This document shows positions 13,350-25,509 of a DNA stretch of 64,000 bases, in pieces. The notes beneath the pieces are model-generated. The model was not told where the DNA came from, did no database searches, and saw only the letters and a program-made list of their open reading frames with translations. A program made the translations under genes and the position numbers. Source of the DNA: Flaccisagitta enflata (taxonomy: Eukaryota); assembly GCA_965153355.1 (NCBI GenBank), contig OZ231126.1, forward strand, positions 28,086,001 to 28,150,000, read 5' to 3'. How positions within the stretch are numbered: position 1 is the first letter of the stretch; each line of letters starts with the position of its first letter.

Positions 13350-13604
13350 TCAAATGCCGCCAGGTTCTTCAATACTGGAGGGACCAAAAATACCCCCAGG
13401 TTCTTCAATGCTGGAAGGGTCAATGATACCTCCAGGTTCTTCAATACTGGAGGGGTCAACAATACCCCCAGGTTCCTCGATACTAGAGGGATCTATAATA
13501 CCCCCAAGCTCTTCAATGCTCGTTGGTTCGTTTATATCGCGTCGAACCAAAAAAGCCCGAGAAAGGCAAATAATTGCCAGGATAACAATCAACGTTTTAG
13601 TCAT
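13350..13604 (-). CDS. Small secreted acidic repeat protein or peptide precursor (84 aa)
   Basis: MTKTLIVILAIICLSRA signal peptide, FLVRR dibasic site, five 12-aa repeats (IIDPSSIEEPGG). Inter-repeat differences fall mainly at third codon positions in this frame. AAAA-ATG context and upstream TATA box. Confidence 0.85.
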   Translation of the reverse strand: MTKTLIVILAIICLSRAFLVRRDINEPTSIEELGGIIDPSSIEEPGGIVDPSSIEEPGGIIDPSSIEEPGGIFGPSSIEEPGGI

Positions 13605-13627
13605 TTTTCTAAATCTGTCAAAAATGC

Positions 13628-13660
13628 CTGAATGTTGAACGATTTGGCTCGGGTTTTATA
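13628..13660 (-). promoter_or_regulatory. Core promoter of the secreted-peptide gene (TATA plus Inr-like)
   Basis: TATAAAA at 13660-13654 (-) and TCAG Inr-like motif about 30 nt downstream (13631-13628), about 25 nt before the ATG. Confidence 0.65.
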
Positions 13661-14276
13661 CCAGGTAAAATCTATAAAGGACCTTGTTGTTCGATTTTAT
13701 ACGTACTATTTGATTGACAACTTTATCGACTAATCGCCAATTTCCACTTTGGTAATACAAATGTTATTTGTATTATTAGCAGCAGTATGATAATGGCTCC
13801 TTTCTTTTTGCTGTCTAAGTCTATAATTTGGAAATTTAACACTTACACCGGTTTAATGATTATTGTCCCAAAATTGCTAAAGCATCGCTGTTTGGAAGAT
13901 TTTCTGAGAGGGGGGGGGGAAGAACAATAAAACACAAGGGAGATCTGTTCTTCCATAACTAAATTCATCCATACGTCAACCTCTGGCTTTACAAGACCTG
14001 GGTACTACTGTATTTATGACTGCTGCTCAAAAGTGATGCTTCGAGCAATGTTTGGACAATGAAAATTGAATGAGCGTTAATATGAAATTTGATATGAAAT
14101 TTGACATGAAATTTATATGAAATTTATATGAAATTTCAGCCCGAATGCTTAAACTTAAATATTCAGTTTTTTGGCAGGGTAGCAAACCTTTGTCTTCATC
14201 ATGAGTTCATCGATGTTGAATTACCTTCATCACAGTCCTGGCTCAGGCACAGGGGGCACAGAAGCACTGTAAACAA

Positions 14277-14371
<95 letters not shown>

Positions 14372-15134
14372 TGAGAATAGAGCGAGTGATTAATATCTAC
14401 AAATCATTAAGTACCGTATTTCCTGTAATTAGCGCCCGGGCGCTGTTGGAATTGCAAACCAACACTGTTTTTTCCAACCTGCAATTATCGCCCCTTATTC
14501 ACTTGTATGTAAATACAATTTTGTAAAAATCTAATGTTGTTGACACATATCTTATGATTAAGTGCCGTAAAACACTGAAATAGAGAAAATCTTGCAACAT
14601 CGCTCAATATTCTCCCGTAATTTTGGCATAAAACCTGCGAATCTTACACAGCCAGTGGACAAAACAATACATGTATATACAGATTCGGACGGATTTGTAA
14701 ATGCTATATGTCACTTTCCATGGGACCCTCCCCTACAGCCCAAATGGATCATCATCAAGACTTGAAATTTGGCATGGACACTCATGTTAGGCCAAATTGT
14801 GAGGCCACCGAGGTGATTTTTGATAAGTGGCTCCAAAGTCGCGATATGGGGCAGGGATGGGGGTACTCCTAGGGGGCAAATATGTCAAAACATTTTTTTA
14901 TATTTTTTAATTTTTTCGACTTTGTTGCTTAGTGTATTTAGCACCAGAACTAAGCATTATTTTAGTATTTACTTTGTTTGACTGCAATATTTTGCTGTGG
15001 CAAACCTGATACGTCATATTTCGAATTTTCTCATTTTTCCGGGTTTTTGACAAACTTTGAAGCTTGCATTTTAGGGGGCGCACAGGACAGCTAGTCCAGA
15101 GCCGATCAGCTACCTCCTAAAACTACATTAGCTA

Positions 15135-15297
15135 TTTTTAGTCGCGGACACGCAACTCTACACCTTGCTGTGTCGGTCGGTCGGTCCGTCGGTCCGTCCG
15201 TCAGTCCGTCCGTCACATTTCTGAATTCCAAGTGGTTTTTGCGGTACTGCTCCTGCCCAACCGTCCACGACTGGATTGCCGTGTATCCGGCCTTGTT
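15135..15297 (+). mobile_element. HINE family B copy
   Basis: tttttagtcgcggacacgcaact-GTCY ... gccgtgtatccggccttgtt. Confidence 0.8.
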
Positions 15298-15855
15298 CTT
15301 CTGAAAATACCATTCAGAGGTTTTGAGTTGCGTGCTAGAAATTGTTCCATCGTATTCATAGCAACCGGCTGCGCAGGGAAAGAAAAGTAAAAAATTGCAT
15401 TAAGCTGTCAACATGGTTCATTTTGGATTGACCAAAGGTTAATTTTGCCCCTTCCCCTGCCCCAGAACCAAATTTGAAGTTGCGCCAGTATGTAGGAGGT
15501 AGGTATGTGAAATATCTATCATTGGCTTTGATCAAAATTACTGATAATTTGGAAAAAAGTCGAAGAATACCTTCGGCTTTTTGAGACCTACAGCGGAATT
15601 GGATTAACTTTTTTCTCATGAGGAGTTTGAGGAAGTTGGTCTGCTTTTCGGGCCGAATGCCACTACGCATGAAATTGATAGCTAAGAAAGAGCTAATTCT
15701 CCTCTTTCAGATGACGCCAAGCAGAAATCTGTGTGATCAATAATTTTGGAGCTATGATTTTTTAAATCTTTCTTATTTTTTCGCATTTTTCCCTTTTTCC
15801 CCAAAGATCAATAGTTTTTATTGATCCTAATTTTGGGCCCTATGTAACATGAAAA

Positions 15856-15979
15856 AGTCTCTCTCTCTTCTGTCTTCTCTCTCTTTCTCTTTGTCTCTCT
15901 CTTCTCTCTTTCTCTTTGTCTCTTGTCTCTCTGTCTCTCTGTCTCTCTCTGTCTCCTGTCTCTCTCTCTCTGTCCTCTG

Positions 15980-16032
<53 letters not shown>

Positions 16033-16040
16033 TTTCTCTC
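15856..16040. repeat. Compound (CT)n/(CTGT)n microsatellite
   Basis: Directly visible. Other large SSR blocks: (GA)n at 14281, 23750, 24110, 29655, 30075, 38105, 51007; (TTTC)n at 28655, 44220, 44815; (GAAA)n at 60150; (CATT)n at 28190; (GT)n at 9315, 13125, 44456, 45290. Confidence 0.95.
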
Positions 16041-17270
16041 AGCATTTACGACTTTTTTCCTACGGCGATGAGCCGCCTTTATTGGTAAACAAAATGCTGA
16101 ATGCAACAACTAGTTCTTAGCTGTAATGCTTTAAGTTTGTAACATTGGAACCGGGTGTAAGATTAACCACTAATTATTGTATACAACATTTTGTTTATCA
16201 TCAGTAATTGGATCAAAGCCAACCATATGATGTACATACATATACTGTTTCTCCCACTGAATGTACAGTCTTTTATGAAAAAGGGGGCAACGTTCTATTT
16301 AAAAGGGGGCGATAAACGCGGTATCTACTTTTATATATTTTGTTCAAGCACTGATAAATAGTTTTCAGCACAAACCGTCGAAGCAAATATGTAGGAGTAT
16401 GGCAACATATACGACATGACATTACACGTGACATGACATACACGTGACATGACATTACATTTCAAATAGACTCACGTGTCAAAAGTATGGATGTGGTACC
16501 GATAGCGGTCCATGTTTGTCCCAAAGGACCCCTCATTGTCCGAGTTGTAAAAATGATTTATTTTTTTGTTTATTTTTTTTTCTTTATCTTTTAAAATTTT
16601 TTTCCGACGTCTAATTGTTTTTTTCCCCTCGTGGAAGAAATACGTATTTGAAAGACTCAATCAAAAAATTTAATTCAGGCTTTCTCAAGAGTTGCAAGGA
16701 AAAAGGAAGATTTCCAACGGTAATTTTTTATCGATTTTCGTGAGATTGATTGTAAAGAGAAGTTCTTCAGTGTCAACGTCACGACGCGTTTAAAGAGTTA
16801 TTTCGACGATGGTTCAGAGCTAGATCCGTCTTCATTTACAGATGCTGACTAATCACTAGCAATTTTCACTTTTTTTTGCAAATCAGTCTAAAAACAGCGC
16901 GACGGAATTAGCATGTACAGATGGCGTTATGGTTGGCTTTTTGCTTTTCTTTAGTTTTGGTTATTTTCTTAGAATTGTTGTTATGGTATATCTTGTTGCT
17001 GTTGCATGTTGTTTTGGTTGCTAATGATATTTGTCGTTCGACTGGAAATGCTCTTTATGAGGCGAGGCAATGAGTACCGAATGGAAGACGTTTGTGTTGC
17101 GATTAAACCGCTCCCCTGAGAATTGAAAAGAAAGAATTTATCAACGCCGAGTAGGTCAACAGGTGGCCCGGGTGGATTGTCCAGTGTTTCCTTGACGGAC
17201 CAACATACCAACCGACCGACCGACGGACAGACACGACCGGATATGGACGTGCGTTGGCGCACATGATCTA

Positions 17271-18035
17271 CCCTGTCTTCAGAAGCAACTGTAACCAGCA
17301 AAAGTTCTATTGTATCAAAATTATTCACACCACAAATTTCGGATTTGCTCTGTCTAATAGCATATTACTGACGGTTTTTTCATGCAAAATTTCAGCACTC
17401 TAGGTCGAGTAGTTTAGCTTCTACATCATTTTGAAGTAAAGAACCCTTTTTTGGTTAATAGTTTTTCATTTTAGACATTGATGGGGGTCTTTCACTTTAA
17501 ACTCATATAACTTCCAAATGCTTTGAGCTAGAACTCTGGGATTGGTCTCAGATTGAAGATTTTTCGAAGGAGATTATATAAGGTTCAAGAAAAAAACATT
17601 TCACGCTGCTTCTATAACGATTTTTCATGTTTTTTCCATGATTTTTCTTGTTCAAACAACTTTTCTTGTTGAAAATTCATCTTTTTCCAGCTTGAGATCT
17701 TATGATTATACACAAATAGACAGAGAAAAGATTTATCAATGATAAGACCATAAAATGGGATCAACTTAATTACTTCAAATCAATTTCTACTCAATTCTGA
17801 TAAGATTTAAAAGGCTAAACTCTTTTATTTTTCATAAATATTGCAATTTTACATGTAAATTTTGGTGATTTTCAAAACTATGTAAAAGCTGAACTACTTG
17901 ACTTGGAGTGCTGAAATTTTGCATGAGAAAACCGTCAGTAATATGCTATAAGATGGAGAAAATCCGAAATGTGTGATGTGGATAGTTTTCACACAATACA
18001 TCTTTTGCTGGTTACAGTTGTTTCTGAAGACAGGG
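17271..18035. mobile_element. MITE with long (~155 bp) imperfect TIRs and TA duplication
   Basis: TA-ccctgtcttcagaagcaactgtaaccagcaaaag ... cttttgctggttacagttgtttctgaagacaggg-TA; arms 17271-17425 and 17880-18035 are complementary. Confidence 0.9.
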
Positions 18036-18699
18036 TACTAATTATGATCTTAGTGAACGACATAAGACAGCGTCTCCCCGAAGGCAACATTTGTGTTTCA
18101 AAGAGAGTCAAAATGGAAATTATGAATGAATAGAAATGGAAAAACAAGTGAATGATAGTGATTCAGATGGCTCAGACATAATGTTTAAAAGAAAAATTTG
18201 CATTCATTTAGCAAGAAAAATCAAGTTTAGCCAACGTTACTAACAAATGTTTATTGAAAATTTCTACTTTTTTCACTTTTGGTCACTGACAGGGGGCTGG
18301 TCTAAATTCTAAATTTGCATAGAAAAAGAAAAAATGAAAAAACAAAGAACATAGTTCTCTTCCCAAATCGATTACAGAGAGAACTATGTTTTTTAAAATG
18401 CAAAATTTCCCTGTGTATGGCTTTCTTAGAATTTAGACCACAGAAAATGAAAAAAAGTGTAAGCAGAAATTTGCTGAAAACCATCATTTTCCTACTTGTT
18501 TCCATATGAATTGCATAGTTAAAATTACTTTTTTTGTCAGAATATGATAATAAGGTATATACCAAGTCACTGTGTCATATGTACACCCTAAGCGAAATCC
18601 CAAAAGTGACCAACGACCCAATTTTTCGCCATAAGCCCATTGGAACTAAGCCATAGAAGCCAAAAATAGTTATAGAGCACATTCGGTTCAGATAGATGC

Positions 18700-20960
18700 A
18701 TGTAATGCCGTAAAATGCCGTAAAATACCGTAAAAATGGCATTTTTGCCAGTTTTTCCGGTCTAAAACCGTTGCTTTTGTCATTTCAAGGTCAAACAATG
18801 ACGTTCTGTCACTAAGACACATTCATGCATATATGCAGGCCAACCCGTCATCATTCAGCATATTTTTATGCCGTAAACTGCCGTTAAAACGGCATTTTTT
18901 ACCGTTTTTGGGCAGCGGCCCCGGAGCTGAGGGGTCGATGACCTATGGTTCCACACAGGGCAATTTTTCCGATCTAATGTCAGTGTCCCCCCCCCAAGCC
19001 CCAAATCAGGCCTCTCAGACCTCATAGCAGGCCTCTCAGACCTCAAACCAGGCCTCTCAGACCCCAAATCAGGCCTCTCAGACCCCAAATCAGGCTTTTC
19101 AGACCCCAAATCAGGTCTCTTAGACCTCAAAGCAGGCCTCTAAGACCTTAAATCTGGCCTATTAGACCCCAAATCAGGCATCTCAGACCTCAAATCTGGC
19201 CTCTGAGACCCCAAACCAGGCCTCTCGGATTCAAAATCAGGCCTCTCGGATTCAAAATCAGGCCTCCCAGACCTCAAATCAGGCCTCTCAAACTACAAAT
19301 CAAGCATCTGGGATCCCAAATCAGGCCTCTCAGACCCCAAATCAGGCCTCTCACACCTCTTTTCAGGCTTCTTAAGCCTTAACTCAGGCCTCCCAGACCT
19401 CTTATCAGGCCTCTCACCCCCAGATCAGACCTTATAGACCCCAGATCAGGCATCTTGGATTCAAAATCAGGTCTCTCGGATTCAAAATCAGGACTCCCAG
19501 ACCCCAAATCAGGCCTCTCAAACTACAAATCAAGCATCTGGGATCCCACATCAGGCCTCTCAGACCCCAAATCAGGCCTCTCAGACCACATATTGGGCCT
19601 CTGAGGTCCCAACTCAGGCCTTCGGACCTCTTATCAGGCCTCTCAGACCCCAAATCCGGCCTTTCAAACTACAAATCAGGCATCTGGGATCCCAAATCAG
19701 GCCTCTCAGACCCCAAATCAGGCCTCTCAGACCTCTTTTCAGGCTTCTTAAGCCTTAACTCAGGCCTCCCAGACCTCTTATCAGGCCTCTCACACCCCAG
19801 ATCAGACCTTATGGACCCCAGATCAGACCTCTCAGACCCAAGATCATGCCTCCCAAAACAAAATTGCCCTGTGTGGAATCATAGGTCATCGACCCCTCCG
19901 GGGCCGCTGCCCCATTACTCCAACGCTACAATACTAAATGATATCAATGGGGCATCGGGAAGCGCTGACCATAATGACGCTTGAGCGGCCTGTTAGGGGT
20001 TTTCTTGCTGTTGTAGATGGACAACTACTCAAAAATTGCCAGAAAATGTGTATTTAGACCCGGGACACACATACTACATAGTTTAAAAACATTGAGTTGG
20101 GTGTGAGTCTCATTTCATTGCCGTAAATGTTCGTAAAATGCCGTAAAAAGCCTTTACATTGGCATTTTTGACTGTTTTTTGATTACCAAACCGCTGCTTC
20201 TGTAAGAAAATGGTCAAACAATGACAATTAGGCACTGAGACACAATCATGCACAAATTCAAGTCAACACGTTTTCATTCAGCATATTCTTATGCCGTAAA
20301 CTGCCATCAAAATGGCATTTTTGAAGATTTTTGGAGGGTTTTCTTCCTGTTGTAGATGGACAACTACTCGAAAATTGCCAGAAAATGTGTATATGGACCC
20401 TGGACACACATTCTACAGAGTTTCAAAACATTGAGTTGAGTTTGAGTCTCATTTCATTGCCGTAAATGTTCGTAATATGCCGTAAAAAGCTTTTAAATTG
20501 GCATTTTTGACTGTTTTTTGACTACCAAACCGCTGCTACTGTCAGAAAATGGTCAAACAATGTTAATCTGGCACTGAGACACCATCATGCACAAATTCAA
20601 GTCAATCTGTCATCATTCAGCCGTAAACTGCCGGCAAAATGGCATTTTTGACCATTTTTGAGGGGTTTTCTTCCTGTTGTAGATGGACAACTACTCAAAA
20701 ATTGCCAGAAAATGTGTATTTGGACCCGGGACACACATACTACGGAGTTTCAAAACATTGAGTTGGGTTTGAGTCTCATTTCATTGCCGTAAATGTTCGT
20801 AAAATGCCGTAAAAAGCTTTTATATTGGCATTTTTACTGTTTTTTGACTACCAAACCGCTGCTTCTGTCAGAAAATGGTCAAACAATGATAATATGACAC
20901 TCAGACACCATCATGCACAAATTCAAGTCAATCCGTCATCATTCAGAATCATTTTTCGCC
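18700..20960. repeat. ~330-340-bp tandem repeat (about 3.5 units); first unit split by a HINE
   Basis: gggttttcttcctgttgtagatggacaactactc recurs at ~19997, 20337 and 20663; the unit's second half also precedes 18905. Confidence 0.9.
18905..19994 (+). mobile_element. HINE family A with expanded 21-bp array
   Basis: tttttgggcagcggcccc ... (cagaccccaaatcaggcctct)n ... ggggccgctgccc ... cggcctgtt, inserted in a T-run of the satellite unit. Confidence 0.85.
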
Positions 20961-20989
20961 GTAAAATTTCGTCAATATGGCAAATTAGA

Positions 20990-21960
20990 TCAGTTATTGG
21001 CCTGTTATGGCCCCAGTATGAGTGTTTGATGGTCCAAATGAGTATGTTTTTCCTAGTTCTGAATGGTTTGAGTGAGATTGGTAAAAAAATTCCAAATAAC
21101 GATGAACAATTTGAAGAAAAGGCCGATTTTCGCCATTTAAGGCCAATTTTTGCCTGTTTTTGGCCTGTTATGGCCCCAGTATGAATGATGAAGGGTCCAA
21201 ATGAGTATATATCTCTTAGTTTAGTGTAGAATGAATAAGACTGGCAAAAACAATGAGCAGATTGGAGAAAATGCTGATTTTGGCCATTTTAGGCCATTTT
21301 TGGCCTGTTTTTGGCCTATTATAGCCCCGGTAAAAGTTTTTAAGGTCCTAGTGAGTATACTATTCCTAGTTCTAAGTGGAATGAGTGAGATTGGCAAAAA
21401 AATTCTGAATAACAACGATCAGTATGAAGAAAATGCTGATTTTGACCATTTCAGGCCGTTTTTGGCCTGTTTTTGGCCTGTAATGGTCCCGATGTAAATT
21501 TATAAAGGTCTTAATGGGTATATTTTTCCTAGTTTTAAGTGGAATGAGTGAGATTGGCAAAAAAAATCTGAATAACAACGATCAGTATGAAGAAAATGCT
21601 GATTTTGGCCGTTTTAGGCCATTTTTGGCCTGTTTTTGGCCTGTAATGGCCCTGATGTAAGTTTTTAAAGGTCCTAATGGGTATATTTTTCCTAGTTTTA
21701 AGTGGAATGAGTGAGATTGGCAAAAAAAATCTGAATAACAACAATCAATATGAAGAAAATGCTGATTTTGGCCGTTTTAGGCCATTTTGAGCCTGTTTTT
21801 GGCCTATAATGGCCCCAATATAAGTTGATAAAGGTCCTAATGGGTATATTTTTCCTAGTTTTAAGTGGAATGAGTGAGATTGGCAAAAAAAATCTGAATA
21901 GCAACGATCAATATGAAGAAAATGCTGATTTTGGCCATTTTATGCCATTTTTTGCCAAAA
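20990..21960. repeat. 163-bp satellite, about 6 units
   Basis: gagtgagattggcaaaaaaa recurs with a 163-bp period; the paralogous ORFs at 21372, 21535 and 21698 have the same spacing. Confidence 0.95.
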
Positions 21961-23263
21961 ATGGCTCAAAATGGCCGAAAATTGACTCCACATCTAGAAA
22001 AATGTGCAAATTGATTGTTTTTGATGTAAATGAGTCTCTTTGATTTGGTCTGAACCCTGAAATTTCAGATTTTCAAATTTTGACCAATTTTGCCATTTTT
22101 TCATCAAATATTAGGCCACTTTTAGGCACTTAGAACACGTCCCACTCACATTTAAACATAAGCAAATAATTTCACAGGTCAAAATCCACCTGTTTGCAAC
22201 TTTTCAGCTTAATTTAAAAAATTTTGACCATTTTTCAAATTTCTTGTCGGTAGGGTAGTTGGGCCGGTCTGCAAATTGACTGCAAAATTTGGATCCAAGA
22301 CATCAAACATAATGCAAAGACATAGTCTCGTGCCAAAAATTGACATCCTTAGTCAATTTTGTTAAGAGATAATTTGATTTGTTTTTTACCAAAAATGACA
22401 TTTTTCGTATGTTGCTAGAAATGGTCAAATATGGCTGAAGAACCGCCAGGAACCAGACAAATCAACACTGGTCCCTGATTGTACACTAATAGGGGTATCA
22501 AATTCTGCAAAAAAAATTCTGGGACTTTCTGGGGCTATAAGATTTTCATAAATAGTTATTTTACATTTTGAGACAAAAAAACCCTAAAATTTGAATTTTT
22601 TCAATTTTTGCCCCAAAATTCAAAACCTATATCCATTTTTTTTTCCTCACATCGATAAAGGTGCTCAAGAGCTAACCAGAAAAAAAATCCGCATGTCAAA
22701 AACACAATTTTTAGAGCCACAGTGACTATTTTTTCATCCGTATCTCTCAACAAAAAACAGTCCATTTTTCCCTCAAAAAATTCATCGATTTTCGACTTTG
22801 AGAAGGTTGTGACGTCACTGTAGCGCCAAAAAATGTCCAAAAATATTGGTTTGGTCTTAGTTTATGTTTTTCCTCGCCCTCTAAATCAATGTTGATGCAT
22901 ATTTCTCAAAATCAATTTTTAACCCCCCAAAGTTGGCCCTGTGTTCACTTTTCGTAGAGATACGGCACAGTGCAAGTGTCTTTAGAGACAATTTGTCTAC
23001 TAAAAGCGTTCCAGCTCAATCATTGTTGTGATAATGATGCAAAAAGTCTGGTGAAACACTTAATTTTCCTTCGAAAATTCGCCGTCATAAGAACATGCTA
23101 TGGTGAGCTAAACAAACGAACTAACAGACGAAAGATCAAGACAACGAAAACATTCAAAGCATTAAGCACAAAGAAACAGGATACCGGGGTTACTCAGGCT
23201 GTTCAGGGACTCGAAGTGCTTCCCCGCTTCCCCGCTTCCCGGCCCCGTTATCTATCTTATGCC

Positions 23264-23481
23264 TTTTTAGTTGCGGACACGCAACTCTATAAGAGGCTTT
23301 ATCCGTCCGTCCGTTGGTCCTTCCATTGGTCCGTCCATTGGTAATGATTGAGTCGGAAAGTGGAAAAGCAAGCGTTTTGGATACTTTGTGGGAGCGGTTG
23401 GGATTGAGGTTTAGATGGGGGTTGGACGCCCCTGCCCACCCGTCCGCAACGATTTTGTGACCCGGCCCCGCGTCACTTGTT
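23264..23481 (+). mobile_element. HINE family B variant
   Basis: tttttagttgcggacacgcaact-GTCY ... ccgcaac ... cgcgtcacttgtt. Related copies at 33887-34123 (-), 40126-40443 (tandem pair), 41725-41891, 43110-43320 and 54060-54258. Confidence 0.8.
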
Positions 23482-23747
23482 TCTCCTTACCTTCTATTGT
23501 TGGAAAGCTCTGGATAATAAGAGAGGCGATATCGAACTGAGGATGATGATTCCTTTATTCCTTTTCTTTCCTTCCTTTTCAGTTTTTCCTTTTCATTTTT
23601 TTTTCTTTTTTTTTCTTTTTTTTGAGGGAGGGAAGATCAGGAGGGAGGAAATTAGAAAGCAAGGAAAGCCGAAGCGCCGCGTAATGGAGAAAGGACAAAG
23701 CGCTTAAACCAAGCAAATCAACAAAACAACACTTAAAAAGAAGAGAC

Positions 23748-23859
<112 letters not shown>

Positions 23860-24114
23860 AAGACAGTTACAAAGAAATAAGAGAGAAATAAGCGAGAGAT
23901 AGACGCAATAAATATTCAAAAGAGCGGATGGTGGACCACGAGGCTGGTGAATTCACAAAGTGCGCTTAGTGACTACAACAACAACGGGAAGGGATGAAGC
24001 TAACCGAAGCAAGGGAGATTACAGAACACTCAAAGAACGAGGGAGGAAAGATAACTTTCTTTATGAACAGGATTGGATGATGAGAGAAAGGAGATGTGAG
24101 AGAAAGATGTAGAT

Positions 24115-24203
<89 letters not shown>

Positions 24204-25509
24204 AAGCCTTGAGGAAGATGAAAGAGAGGATAAAGAAGATTGGAAAGGATGATAGTCAACTGAAAGAGAAAGAGAGAAAGATACAATGAGATTGAGGAAG
24301 GAGAAGGGAGGTTATAAGGAGAACATTCAAGGTGGAAGGTGTAGCGTACTGTATATTATTAGATGGCGATAGCTAGGAACAGGAGACACGTAGGAAGAGA
24401 CGGTGGTGGAGATGCGTTGCTAGTGTAGCGTAAGGGCACACACGAGTTAACATACACGAGATTGATTGATACAAGAAATAGGCGCAATGGAGTCGACAAC
24501 AAATAAAAGGGAGTACATTTACGTTGTTAATTCAAATTTATTCAATGTATCGAAATTATCGATTGATGCGGCGACCTTATCAACATTATTAATCCGTTCG
24601 TAGCTTCAAAGCCGTGTACAAACGGACTTTTTTGTTTGACCATTTGTTTATCATTTCATTTTCATCGTCATTACTTAAATTTCATTAATTGCACAATCGT
24701 TGTCATCAAAATTTTTTCTTTTGGCCCCAAACTAGCGTAGAATGGCCGAAATTGACTGAAACTTAAGCTGGTTGTGTCTTTGGGCAGAATGAAATCTCTG
24801 CATTTATTGTCTCTTTTTTTACCGTTCACTCCGAAGATTGATGCTCAGTGATAAATGATGATCATATATTGATTTCTTGAAAACATTGTCTCCGATCAAT
24901 ATCAAATTAACTAATAGAGATGCACTGTAAGTATTGAGTTACTGATAATAATTCAAGTGTGTGTTCACGGTTGCTCCGATGGGGGAAAACTATGGACTGA
25001 ATAAACGGATCAATTGTTGGTTTGTTCATTTGTTGAATTGCTCGTTTGTTTGTCAGTTTATTATTGTTAGTAAAGTAGGATCAGTCGGATACTGGTTTGG
25101 GCAATTGACGTCGCTATAGATCGTTTCCAAATCGATTGTTTGTTTTTTATTCGTTTTCGTTCTTTTCTTACGTTTCCGATTCTGATTGGGAAGTTAGTTT
25201 TTTTTTTTTTTTCAAATTCTTCTCGTAAATACTTTTATTGGATTTCGCCAGGAAGACTTTTGCCGTGAATGAGAAAATAAGTTTGGTCGTAAATTAAATT
25301 GAATTAAATGAGATCATTCCCTCGTTTACCACGAAAGGTTTCGGTTTCTTTTCTTATTTTGTTGAAAATAGGGTAATTTTTTTCTATGTTAATACAATTT
25401 TTTCTTCACTAGATATCATTCGCAAAATCTGAAATAAAAAGGAGCGGAGAGGGTAAAAAAAATCATGAAAAGACTTTTAGCGTAGTGCTTCAACCTACAT
25501 CTATATCTA

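Noticed and set aside
13338-13638. Plus-strand ORFs of 94 and 97 aa
   Set aside because: Antisense shadows of the secreted-peptide gene; the signal peptide, TATA box and start context support the minus strand.
24300-25500. Unique non-repetitive stretch as a possible promoter or 5' UTR
   Set aside because: No ORF, splice pattern or motif strong enough to support a call from sequence alone.
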